Source: an uncultured Alphaproteobacteria bacterium (GTDB lineage Bacteria; Pseudomonadota; Alphaproteobacteria; Rs-D84). From it: a DNA stretch of 64,000 bases. Under the pieces are notes generated by a model. It made no database searches and was not told the origin of the DNA. It saw nothing but the letters and a program-made list of their open reading frames with translations. Where the stretch lies: positions 31,058 to 95,057 of the forward strand of contig CATOOF010000002.1 of NCBI GenBank assembly GCA_951801825.1, given 5' to 3'. This document shows positions 9,839 through 18,480 of the stretch, piece by piece (position 1 is the first letter of the stretch; every line of letters starts with the position of its first letter). The position numbers and the translations under genes are program-made.

Positions 9839-10660
9839 ATGACTTGGACAATCTTGGTCTTGGTGTTGGCGATTGCTCTGTTCTTGTTTGGCGGCATGAT
9901 GCTGAAACAAGACAGTAAGAATCCCAGCATGGGCATTGCATTGGCAAAAAAGGTAATCAAACTGGTTGCCGTTATCTTAATCGCGGGTAGCGTATGCCGC
10001 CTGTTTGTGCCGTATTATCTGACATCGGTTAACCCGTTGATTCTGCAGGAAATGGTTGAAGGTATGCAGGAACAGCAGAATGCTGAAAAGAACAAGGCTG
10101 TTCGTCAGTATGTTCGTAGCAAAATGGATGTTATGGTTGCAGATGCACCGATTTGGGGCAATGTTGATGCTAAAAAGACAATCTTTTTGTGGTCTGACTA
10201 TTCCTGTCCGTACTGCCGCCGTGTTCACAACGAATTGGCGCGTGTAATGGCAGAGCGTGATGACGTTCGCGTTGTTCTGAAAAACTTCTCGATTCATGGA
10301 CCGCTGTCTGATGCACCGGCAAAGGCTGTAATTGCTGCAAAACTGCAGAGCAATGAAAAGGCGGCCGCGCTGGACAAAATGCTGATGAACCGTGAATATT
10401 ATACTCAGGAAGATATGCAGGATCAGTCCAAACTGGGTGACAAGGTTCACAAGAACGTTATGAAGTTTGCGAAAGAAGCAGGCTTGGACGTAGACCAGCT
10501 GGAAAAAGATATGAAGGGCGAAGTTGTTGCGCGTGAATTGGAAAATGTTCGTGACCTGGCCCAGCGTTTCGAAATCAGCGGTACGCCGTACCTGATTATC
10601 GGTGAACAGGCGTTCCCGGGTGCGATTCCGTACAACCAGATTATTGATGCGTTGAAATAA
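9839..10660 (+). CDS. Membrane-anchored DsbA/Com1-like thioredoxin-fold protein
   Basis: DYSCPYCRR active site, ISGTPYLIIG cis-Pro motif, two N-terminal TM helices; AGGAG RBS before ATG 9839. Confidence 0.9.
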   Translation: MTWTILVLVLAIALFLFGGMMLKQDSKNPSMGIALAKKVIKLVAVILIAGSVCRLFVPYYLTSVNPLILQEMVEGMQEQQNAEKNKAVRQYVRSKMDVMVADAPIWGNVDAKKTIFLWSDYSCPYCRRVHNELARVMAERDDVRVVLKNFSIHGPLSDAPAKAVIAAKLQSNEKAAALDKMLMNREYYTQEDMQDQSKLGDKVHKNVMKFAKEAGLDVDQLEKDMKGEVVARELENVRDLAQRFEISGTPYLIIGEQAFPGAIPYNQIIDALK

Positions 10661-10684
10661 TATTGTAACGTATTGGTATTTTGT

Positions 10685-10712
10685 AAAATCCCTGCATTTG
10701 CAGGGATTTTTT
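10685..10712 (+). terminator. Intrinsic terminator
   Basis: AAAATCCCTGCA-TT-TGCAGGGATTTTTTT. Confidence 0.8.
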
Positions 10713-10772
10713 ATTTGGTATGCGGTGTGAATTATGATAAAATAGTATCATTATAGCGGGGAATATACGGAT

Positions 10773-11672
10773 ATGAGAAAATTTAGTACTTTATTACTTT
10801 CCTTGGGGATGCTGGCGCCGACCATGTCGTATGCCGCCACAGCGGACTTAACGCGCAAGGTGCCTAATAACAAGTGCTATGGGACCAGGGGGGATACATA
10901 TACGGAAAATGTTCCTCAGTCCCCGGGATGGACCGAAAAGTGTAATTATCGTTTGTTCTTTTTTAATGATATTGACACCGTGGCTGAGGTGCCAGACGGA
11001 CAGTGCATTACTGAAATTCGCGATATTTTGAACGAGCAGTTAAAGGGGCTGTCGGGCAACGATGTCATGTATGTAATGGGGTTGGCGGATTCGCGCGGCC
11101 GTGATAAATATAATATTAATTTGGCAAAGCGTCGTATGGAACATGTTTTAAACATGCTGGACCCGCAGTTGCGCGACACAAAACATAATTCAAATAATTT
11201 GGAATATTTTGTTGCGGGCGAATCAGACGACATGGCGCAATATGGCGGCGATGGGCGCACCAGTAATCCGCGTGAACGTGCTGTTTGTGTGATTATCAGT
11301 TCTGCGGGTGCTCCAAAAGAATTTGTACAGATATCATCAGCGGTATCGGTTAAGCAAGATGCACACATAACAATAACAAAAGGCAACCATCAAACGTTAG
11401 AACAGCGTATAAAAAGTATTGTAGCATATCTGCGTAATGTCAGTGAAAGTCAGGGCACCAGCGTTTGGAAAAACAAAGAAGGAAACTTTAACTCATCGCG
11501 TCTGGTTTCTGATTCGGTTGCGGGTGTTGTATTGGGTACCGCGGGTGGTCTGATTACCAGTAATGTAATAAAAAAGAATCAGGTAAAGGGCGGATTTGAA
11601 GACATAAAATGCACGGTTGGCGGCCAGATTGTTGCAGAATTTGGCGATGATTTTTCTGTTGGAATGCGTTAA
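10773..11672 (+). CDS. Exported OmpA-like domain protein with C-terminal glycine-zipper segment
   Basis: Signal peptide; GLADSRG..YNINLAKRRMEHV..NPRERAV OmpA_C-like motif; AGVVLGTAGGLITS. Confidence 0.8.
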   Translation: MRKFSTLLLSLGMLAPTMSYAATADLTRKVPNNKCYGTRGDTYTENVPQSPGWTEKCNYRLFFFNDIDTVAEVPDGQCITEIRDILNEQLKGLSGNDVMYVMGLADSRGRDKYNINLAKRRMEHVLNMLDPQLRDTKHNSNNLEYFVAGESDDMAQYGGDGRTSNPRERAVCVIISSAGAPKEFVQISSAVSVKQDAHITITKGNHQTLEQRIKSIVAYLRNVSESQGTSVWKNKEGNFNSSRLVSDSVAGVVLGTAGGLITSNVIKKNQVKGGFEDIKCTVGGQIVAEFGDDFSVGMR

Positions 11673-11744
11673 ATGCATCCCGCCATGGCGGGATGTTTTT
11701 TATTGCAGGCCATTAGAAAGTCCCCGCAGATGCGGGGACTGATT

Positions 11745-12857
11745 TTATCTATTGGTAAGCTGCAGTTCTATGCGGCGGTTTTTCTGTAATGCGTCCGGAC
11801 TGTTGCCAAGCTCTACCGGGTACAGGTCACCAAAACCACTGGGTAACAGCCGACGTCTTGATACACCCGCGGCCGACAATGCATCCGCCACCGCCGTCGC
11901 ACGGCGCAAAGACAGTTCCATGTTATTTCGATATCCACGCGTTCCGGGAACAACCGGCTTTTTGTCCGTATGTCCGTCGACACGTATAATCCAGTTTACA
12001 TCCGATGGGATTTTGTTTTCAAAATCCTTTATAACATTCGCAATCAACCGCAGTTGATTTTTTCCCTCTGGCGACAGGGTGTACGAACCACTGGGGAACA
12101 GAATGTCACTGGATACTATAAAGCGGTCGCCGTCGGGCTGAACCGTGGTGCGGTCCCCCAGCGCTGTCTTTATTGCCTTGTAAAAGTCGGACTGGTACGA
12201 CTGAACATTTTTCAGCTCTGCCACTTTGTCCGCCAGCGCCTTGTTCAGACGGGTTGACATTTCTACATACTGGATTTCCTGGGTGCGTGATTTTTCCTCT
12301 GCCGCGTCCAATGCCGCCTGTAAATCGGCCAGCTGTTGTGACAGTTCCGCGCGCTGTGTCTGCATCTGGTCTTGCAGCTCTTTACGCTGTTGTTCCAATT
12401 CGGCCGCCGCCGCCTTGTCAATTGTTGCCTGGTTCAGCTGAGCGGTCAGGCTGTCGACCATTGCCTGCATGTCACGTCCCTGGGTTTGCAGTTCTGATAC
12501 CTTTGCCTCGTATGCGGTAACCAGGTCTTCGACACTCATGTCCATTTGATTTAATTCGTCGTTAAGTTCCGCATTACTGCTTTCCAGTGTTTCAAGTTCC
12601 GCACGGGCCAGAATCAGCAGGCGTTTTGCCTCTTGCTCGTCGGCGGTCATTTGCTGAATTTTTTCCATCTGTTCCGCGTTGGCCTGTTTCAGTTGTGTTA
12701 CTGTTTTTATGCCTGTGCGTTTGTTAAATACACTGGTCGTGGTCCACAAGAACACGAATACAATCAGCAGGAAAATCAGTATGATAACCAGGTTTGAAAA
12801 CAAATCCACAAACCCGGGCCATGTATTTGTTCTTTCACGAAAGCGAATATTGAACAT
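11745..12857 (-). CDS. MotB/OmpA-family peptidoglycan-binding membrane protein with coiled coil
   Basis: WPGFVDLFS + TM helix, VDGHTD, NMELSLRRATAV, KNRRIEL. Confidence 0.9.
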   Translation of the reverse strand: MFNIRFRERTNTWPGFVDLFSNLVIILIFLLIVFVFLWTTTSVFNKRTGIKTVTQLKQANAEQMEKIQQMTADEQEAKRLLILARAELETLESSNAELNDELNQMDMSVEDLVTAYEAKVSELQTQGRDMQAMVDSLTAQLNQATIDKAAAAELEQQRKELQDQMQTQRAELSQQLADLQAALDAAEEKSRTQEIQYVEMSTRLNKALADKVAELKNVQSYQSDFYKAIKTALGDRTTVQPDGDRFIVSSDILFPSGSYTLSPEGKNQLRLIANVIKDFENKIPSDVNWIIRVDGHTDKKPVVPGTRGYRNNMELSLRRATAVADALSAAGVSRRRLLPSGFGDLYPVELGNSPDALQKNRRIELQLTNR

Positions 12858-12881
12858 TTTTCTCCTCCCTCCGTTTTAATC

Positions 12882-13568
12882 CTAGGCCGCGTCTGTTTCG
12901 CGTATCCGCGTGCGGGCCGCCAGATAATCTTCTAGTTCGTTAAATATAGCATTTTGTGCCATTTGCACCTGTAGCCCTAAGAAACCCACGGTCAAACTGC
13001 CCGCCAGGCCCATCAGTGAACTGGTAAACGCCGTTGCCATACCCGACAGTGGCCGGGCCATTCCCGCCTGCATCGCATCCAGTACCGTTTCATCGTTAAA
13101 GTTAAGGGTGCTGATTAAATCTGCGAAACCGCCCACCGTTACAACCAGCCCCCAGAATGTCCCAAGCAGGCCCAGGAAAACAAGTGTGTTTGTTATATAA
13201 CGCACTGATTCGCGTGAATCTTCCATCCGCAAAAGTATCATATCCAGCATCGCCCCCAGTGATGTTACCGGGACCCGCCCGCCACGGCGTAATATAATTG
13301 CCATTGGCCGCAACAACCGCGGGGGCAGGGCGGCATTTTTATTTCCTTTGAAATATGCGCGCGCCCAGCGATATTCGGGCAACAGGCGAAACATTTCGAC
13401 AAAACACAACCCCACGCCGAACAACGTTGCGCCGATTATTATACCATTAAGGTAAATGTTTGATGTCGCAATCTGCATAAACGGGGCCCAAAATAAAATC
13501 AATCCACACGCCAATAATGCGGTAAACAGGGCCATGCGGTTTAAAATTCTGTGAAAGCGACTCGTCAT
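12882..13568 (-). CDS. MotA/TolQ/ExbB proton-channel family protein
   Basis: LGLLGTFWGL and GMATAFTSSLMGL motifs; upstream of the MotB-like gene. Confidence 0.9.
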   Translation of the reverse strand: MTSRFHRILNRMALFTALLACGLILFWAPFMQIATSNIYLNGIIIGATLFGVGLCFVEMFRLLPEYRWARAYFKGNKNAALPPRLLRPMAIILRRGGRVPVTSLGAMLDMILLRMEDSRESVRYITNTLVFLGLLGTFWGLVVTVGGFADLISTLNFNDETVLDAMQAGMARPLSGMATAFTSSLMGLAGSLTVGFLGLQVQMAQNAIFNELEDYLAARTRIRETDAA

Positions 13569-13657
13569 AAAATCTCTCTTTATAAACGAATCATAGTAAA
13601 TTTTATAAACCTAAGTCAATAAAGATTATATAGGGATTTTTACAACAAGGACGTCAC

Positions 13658-16147
13658 TTATAGATGCTTGTATGAAAAATCACAGCTAAGTGCCGGCCCG
13701 TGGTCATAGTCTTCTTTAAAATAATGACCGTTTCCATGATACCTAACTTTTTCGGTTTCTTTTACTCTGCCAAACGTTTTTTTGCAACGTAATGATGTGG
13801 ATGACGTCGAATTCGGGTCTGGAACCAAAACATATCCGTCTGGCATCAAAGTCTCCAAATCTGGGACGCTTGAAGCTTGCTTTACCTTGGCCAACTGTGG
13901 ATCTTTTTTACCACTGGCATTTGCATCGTCGGATTTTCGTAAGAATAAGCAGAATGCCTTTTGATGATAATTATCTGGCATGTTTACGAACCAGGGTTTA
14001 ACATTGTTATCAACAACAAACATGCCAATTGTACCATTGTCTTTATAGCTCTCACATGCTGTGACAAAATTGGCCATCTCTTTGCGCATTTGCTCTTCTG
14101 TAAGTGGCGTGAGTGACGTCTCGCTGTTTTGGGTTGCATTATTATTGGTGACCGATGGTGTTTTATTTTCAACAACCTCAGGCGTTATATTTGATGTATT
14201 GGTTTGATTAACCTGTGTTTTATTTTTATCAACCTCAGGCGTTATATTTGATGCGCCGTTTGATGATGTAACTTGTTCCCCGGATGTTTTTTTATCATAA
14301 TCAGCGATAATCTTGTCAGCTTTATTTTTATTCTTATCTCCGCTGTTGATGGCCAGGTTACCAACAACTCCTGCAACTACACCCGCACCAGCAACGATTG
14401 CACCGGTCTTTACCTTCGATGCGGTATCCGCTTTCTGCTGTGCCCAGGCTTTTGCATCTTCGCCGGTCTCGTCCATCAGCGCACGAGATATAGAGGCATA
14501 CGAGCCACTCTGGCGACCCAGGGCCACGTCGTCATACAGACCGGTTTCTGAGATGTCGTATATAATCTCAGACTCTATGCCAGGCTGTTTGCCCAGGGCC
14601 TCTTTGCGGGCTTTTAAATCTGCCGCAAGCGCCCTGTATTCATTTACTATCGCAAACATGTCATTGCCGCCGGGCAGGTCGATGTTATGCTCGCCGCCCT
14701 TGATGTTGCGGCCCTGGCCATAGTCACAGACAAATGTTGCAAGGTATGCTTTCATGTCCTCTTCGGCCGCCTGGTCTGCTTTTTGTTCCGCCAGCCCAGA
14801 CATCAGGTTCTTGCCGCCCATCCCCGTTGCGAAGGTTGAAGTGGCGCCCAGCATCCTGTTCTCGAATGATTGCTCTTTGGCTTTCATATTGTTTGCGTTG
14901 TCACGCAGTTCTGCAACCTTGTTTTTTGAATCTTCTTCGGAAAGCTGTGCTTTTTCGCATTGTGTGCCGTCATCAGATGGACGATAGCCATGGGCGCATT
15001 CTGTGATTATGCATTTACCTTTGCGCAGACTGCCGGATATGGCGTTGGAAACCAGGGCTATTTGTTCTGCTGTGCAGGGACCGTCACTTTCCTCACACTT
15101 GGTGTATGTGTCGTTGTGAATCCATCCGGGTTCTTCACACTTTGTTATTTTGCAGACTAGATTTCCGCCTTCCATCTGATATGAGGCATTGATGGCATGC
15201 GGTATTTTGGACGTACAGTCTTGGCCAACCTGGTCTATGCATTTATTGTCAACTAGCTTATATCTTTTTGGGTTGTTACATTCCTTTATAATGCATTGTC
15301 CGTTTTCAAGCGTTGCTGTCTTTGCGTTATCTGGCATAGGATCGCAATCGAGGCCGTTTGTATCAATACACTCTGCATATATTAAAATTTTTTGATCTTC
15401 GTCATCAAGCTCGAATTCGCCGTCGTCATCTGTTAAATATTCCTCGTTGCTTAGTTTATAATGGTCTATGCATTTTGTGGGGATACATTTTTCTTTTGTG
15501 GGAGACCAAATGAGTTCTGTCGCGTGTAGTTGCGTTTTAAGGTTCGCACTGCAAGCGGTAACTGTAACCCCGCTTAGCTCAGTTGAAGTTTCTGTCATTG
15601 TAATTTTTTCTGGAACATTAGTGGGGGAAAAATTCATTGTTTCCATGCCGATATATGAGATTTTTATACCGGTCGCGCCCGTGGGTATTTTTATTGTAAA
15701 TTTACCGTCCAAATCTGTCGTGGTGCCATGATTAGGGACGCCTTCAACTAAAATGGTTACACCTATAAGAGGCTCTCCTTTTTGGTCAACAATAGTACTG
15801 CTGATTTCAGTGGGCGTGGTTGTTTGGGTGGCTTGTTTGGAGCCCGCTGAGGTGCTTGCTCCTTGTTTGTTATTGGTTTTATTGCTACAATATTCACCTA
15901 TATCTTTTTTTACATCGTCAGTATTTATATCTTTTTTAAAGTCACAGTATAGTAAGTTTGTTGTACTATTACAGGAAATGCTGACATTTTTTGGATCTGT
16001 GCAGTATTTTTGTGCGATTTCTGTCAACGCATCATTAGTAAATAGTGAGGAGAAATCCGGGGCGGTTATAGCCCTTGCGGGTAATATTACGGACAATGCA
16101 AAAACAATAAAACAGGTTTTAAGGCCTGTATACCTGGTCAGGAACAT
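13658..16147 (-). CDS. Exported Cys-rich protein with carboxypeptidase-like regulatory (CarbopepD_reg-type) domain
   Basis: VDQKGEPLIGVTILVEG..GTTTDLDGKFTI..SYIGME motif, Cys-rich repeats, Gly-rich hydrophobic segments. Confidence 0.85.
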   Translation of the reverse strand: MFLTRYTGLKTCFIVFALSVILPARAITAPDFSSLFTNDALTEIAQKYCTDPKNVSISCNSTTNLLYCDFKKDINTDDVKKDIGEYCSNKTNNKQGASTSAGSKQATQTTTPTEISSTIVDQKGEPLIGVTILVEGVPNHGTTTDLDGKFTIKIPTGATGIKISYIGMETMNFSPTNVPEKITMTETSTELSGVTVTACSANLKTQLHATELIWSPTKEKCIPTKCIDHYKLSNEEYLTDDDGEFELDDEDQKILIYAECIDTNGLDCDPMPDNAKTATLENGQCIIKECNNPKRYKLVDNKCIDQVGQDCTSKIPHAINASYQMEGGNLVCKITKCEEPGWIHNDTYTKCEESDGPCTAEQIALVSNAISGSLRKGKCIITECAHGYRPSDDGTQCEKAQLSEEDSKNKVAELRDNANNMKAKEQSFENRMLGATSTFATGMGGKNLMSGLAEQKADQAAEEDMKAYLATFVCDYGQGRNIKGGEHNIDLPGGNDMFAIVNEYRALAADLKARKEALGKQPGIESEIIYDISETGLYDDVALGRQSGSYASISRALMDETGEDAKAWAQQKADTASKVKTGAIVAGAGVVAGVVGNLAINSGDKNKNKADKIIADYDKKTSGEQVTSSNGASNITPEVDKNKTQVNQTNTSNITPEVVENKTPSVTNNNATQNSETSLTPLTEEQMRKEMANFVTACESYKDNGTIGMFVVDNNVKPWFVNMPDNYHQKAFCLFLRKSDDANASGKKDPQLAKVKQASSVPDLETLMPDGYVLVPDPNSTSSTSLRCKKTFGRVKETEKVRYHGNGHYFKEDYDHGPALSCDFSYKHL
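14173..14252. repeat. Short intragenic direct repeat (SNITPEV x2)
   Basis: CAACCTCAGGCGTTATATTTGATG occurs twice about 56 nt apart. Confidence 0.75.
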
Positions 16148-16391
16148 AACATCTCTCTCGTACTAGTGCCCATAAAACGGTGGTTTTATGTGGCATTATA
16201 TATCATATTTATTTTATCACTTTTTTCAGCTATTACCAGTATAAATGCATATGCCAAAAAAAAGGACCGTTTTCTTATTTTGGGGCTGGCGGATAATAAA
16301 AAGCTTGATTTTATTAAAAATTTCGACATAATTGAAACCGTTCCTGCTGACGGCATGGGGTCGTCGGCTGTATAAGACCAAAGGAAATAAA

Positions 16392-16730
16392 ATGGCTTAT
16401 TATGAAAGCGTCTTGGTTTTCCGCCAGGACCTGACCGAACCGCAGGTTAAAGAAAAAGCGGCTAAATTTACTGAAATTATCAAAGAACTGGGTGGCGATG
16501 TTAAGGCGACTGAATTTTGGGGCTTGAAAAATCTGGCTTACATTATTCGTAAAAATCGCAAGGCTCACTATGTGATGCTGAACATTGAACTGCCGGGCGA
16601 AAAGATTACTGAACTGGAACGTCGTTCTCGTATTGATGAAGACGTAATCCGTTTCTTGAACGTTCGCGTTGATGAATTGGCGACCACTCCGTCGGTCATG
16701 ATGAAAAAGAATAACGAAGAGGCAGAATAA
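16392..16730 (+). CDS. rpsF: 30S ribosomal protein S6
   Basis: [28 protein letters not shown]. Confidence 0.97.
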   Translation: MAYYESVLVFRQDLTEPQVKEKAAKFTEIIKELGGDVKATEFWGLKNLAYIIRKNRKAHYVMLNIELPGEKITELERRSRIDEDVIRFLNVRVDELATTPSVMMKKNNEEAE

Positions 16731-16957
16731 TGGCAGTTCGTGCAGCAATTTATCGTAAAAAATCAAACCCGTTAAAGGGAAAGGTTATTGATTACAAAGA
16801 CATAAAGACTTTGTCGCACTATATCACAGAACGCGGCAAAATTGTACCGTCCCGTATCAGCGGTGTTTCCCAGAAAGACCAGCGTGCGTTGGCGACCGCT
16901 ATCAAGCGTGCACGTCACTTGGGCCTGATGCCGTTTGTTCGCAATAATATCGGCTAA
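16730..16957 (+). CDS. rpsR: 30S ribosomal protein S18 (Cys-less, C- form)
   Basis: [36 protein letters not shown]. Confidence 0.97.
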   Translation: MAVRAAIYRKKSNPLKGKVIDYKDIKTLSHYITERGKIVPSRISGVSQKDQRALATAIKRARHLGLMPFVRNNIG

Positions 16958-17009
16958 ATAAAAAAGTAAATTTGGGGTAATACCTCTAACTTGGAAAAGG
17001 ACAGATAAA

Positions 17010-17591
17010 ATGAAAGTTATTTTGACAGAAAAAATTACAAAACTGGGCAATATCGGCGACACGGTTGAGGTAAAGACTGGTTTTGCACGCAATTTCCTGT
17101 TGCCAAATGGCAAGGCGATGCGTTGGAGCAAGGAAAACGTTGCCTTGTTTGAGGCGAAAAAGGCTGAACTGCAGGCGCGCTTTGATGCGGCGAAAAAGAC
17201 GGCCGAATCGTATGTTGATGCGGTTAAGAATGCAAAACTGCACATGATTCGCCAGGCAGGTGATACCGGCCAGCTGTATGGTTCTGTATCCAGCCGCGAT
17301 ATCGCGCGTATGCTGACAGAGATTGCAAATGTTCCGGTTGTTTCTGCACAGGTTATGCTGGGCAGCCCGATTAAGTCTATCGGTTCATTTGATACAAAAA
17401 TTGCTCTGCATCCCGACGTTATCGTACCGGTTAAAATCTATGTTGCCCAGACCCAGGATGAAATTGATGCCTTGGTTGCGGGTAAGGTTCTGACATTCGG
17501 CACAAAGAAAGTCGAGGCAGAAGAGGAAGTCGAAACACCGGCCGAAGAAGCGGCGGCCCCGGCCACCGAAACAGAAGCGGCGGCGGAATAA
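17010..17591 (+). CDS. rplI: 50S ribosomal protein L9
   Basis: MKVIL..LGNIGDTVEVKTGFARNFLLP, GQLYGSVS. Confidence 0.97.
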   Translation: MKVILTEKITKLGNIGDTVEVKTGFARNFLLPNGKAMRWSKENVALFEAKKAELQARFDAAKKTAESYVDAVKNAKLHMIRQAGDTGQLYGSVSSRDIARMLTEIANVPVVSAQVMLGSPIKSIGSFDTKIALHPDVIVPVKIYVAQTQDEIDALVAGKVLTFGTKKVEAEEEVETPAEEAAAPATETEAAAE

Positions 17592-17611
17592 TCCCATCCG
17601 ATTCTATAAAA

Positions 17612-17642
17612 GAAAAAATCCCCGTTTGGGGATTTTTTTCTT
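17612..17642 (+). terminator. Terminator of the rpsF-rpsR-rplI operon
   Basis: GAAAAAATCCCC-GTTT-GGGGATTTTTTTC. Confidence 0.85.
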
Positions 17643-17678
17643 CTAGATTTTAAGGTGTTTTTAGGATATAATACCGAT

Positions 17679-17847
17679 TGTAATAGGGGACCTATTATGC
17701 GAGACTAACAACCTCGCTCAGTAGACGCCTGCAGGCGTAAAATGCCAATCTATATCGGGATTGGATGGTGGTGAATATTCAATAAACCACATGCATTCTA
17801 CTGTGCAGTTGTTAGCTCCAATCCCGTCCATATCACATGACGGTTTT
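17679..17847 (+). ncRNA. Structured X/Y double-pairing ncRNA, unit D1
   Basis: Promoter TAGATT-17-TATAAT (17644-17672); X CTAACAAC 17705-12 pairs X' GTTGTTAG 17808-15; Y CAGTAGA 17719-25 pairs Y' TCTACTG 17797-803; closing stem GGGATTGGA/TCCAATCCC; terminator CCGTC..GACGG-TTTT. Confidence 0.8.
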
Positions 17848-17903
17848 ATATTTGTACGGAAAAATATTGTGGAAATCATGCGTTCCGCACGGTATAATAA
17901 ATG

Positions 17904-18092
17904 CGTAATAGATTTTCTGTTGCAAAAGAAGGGGCGTGAGAAACCCTATCATCAGAACCGCCTGTGCAGGCGCAGGCGTATGCTTCAACCCATTGGTTGG
18001 AGGCCGGTGCTATATATTGAAGGCACCGGGGCAATTTCGTTCTGATGATTGTTTCTCAACCTCCAACCACCCATATTTCTCGGTGGTTTTTT
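17904..18092 (+). ncRNA. Structured X/Y double-pairing ncRNA, unit D2
   Basis: Promoter TGGAAA-17-TATAAT (17870-17898); X TGAGAAAC 17937-44 / X' GTTTCTCA 18051-58; Y ATCATCAGAAC 17948-58 / Y' GTTCTGATGAT 18039-49; stem GGTTGGAGG/CCTCCAACC; terminator ACCACC..GGTGGT + T-run. Confidence 0.8.
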
Positions 18093-18103
18093 GTTAACTT
18101 GTA

Positions 18104-18478
18104 ATGGGGAAACGCACTATGACCGGGCGCAGATATATTGCATCTGAATTTGACACAAGGCTGGGCCACGCAATATCAATACAGCGTCGGATACGCGGAC
18201 TGTCGCAAAAAGATTTGGCAAGACGTTTGGGTATTACACACCAACAGGTTCAAAAGTATGAATCTGGCGACAATCGTATGACGGCGGCAACATTATATAA
18301 AATTGCCGAAATGTTTGAAATCAGTGTCGATAAGCTGGTATATGACGCGACCAGCAAATTTACGAATGATAAAATAATCCAGCAAACAATGGATTTAATG
18401 TATACGAAAATGGATGTGGCGCAACGCCGGTTAATGTTTAGCATGGCAACATATGTGGCCGGCGTTGCAACCGCATAA
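18104..18478 (+). CDS. XRE-family helix-turn-helix transcriptional regulator
   Basis: RRIRGLSQKDLARRLGITHQQVQKYESGDNR. Confidence 0.9.
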   Translation: MGKRTMTGRRYIASEFDTRLGHAISIQRRIRGLSQKDLARRLGITHQQVQKYESGDNRMTAATLYKIAEMFEISVDKLVYDATSKFTNDKIIQQTMDLMYTKMDVAQRRLMFSMATYVAGVATA

Positions 18479-18480
18479 GA

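Noticed and set aside
17761-18045. ORFs overlapping the ncRNA loci (17761-18045, 31064-31285, 51126-51362, 62416-62628, 5' part of 31527-32447)
   Set aside because: They cross promoters and terminators, are not conserved between paralogous units and have no recognisable motifs.
17679-18092. Hammerhead, group II intron or retron identity for the X/Y units
   Set aside because: CTGATGA appears only once, inside D2's variable Y' segment; there is no conserved hammerhead core, no domain V and no reverse transcriptase in the window.
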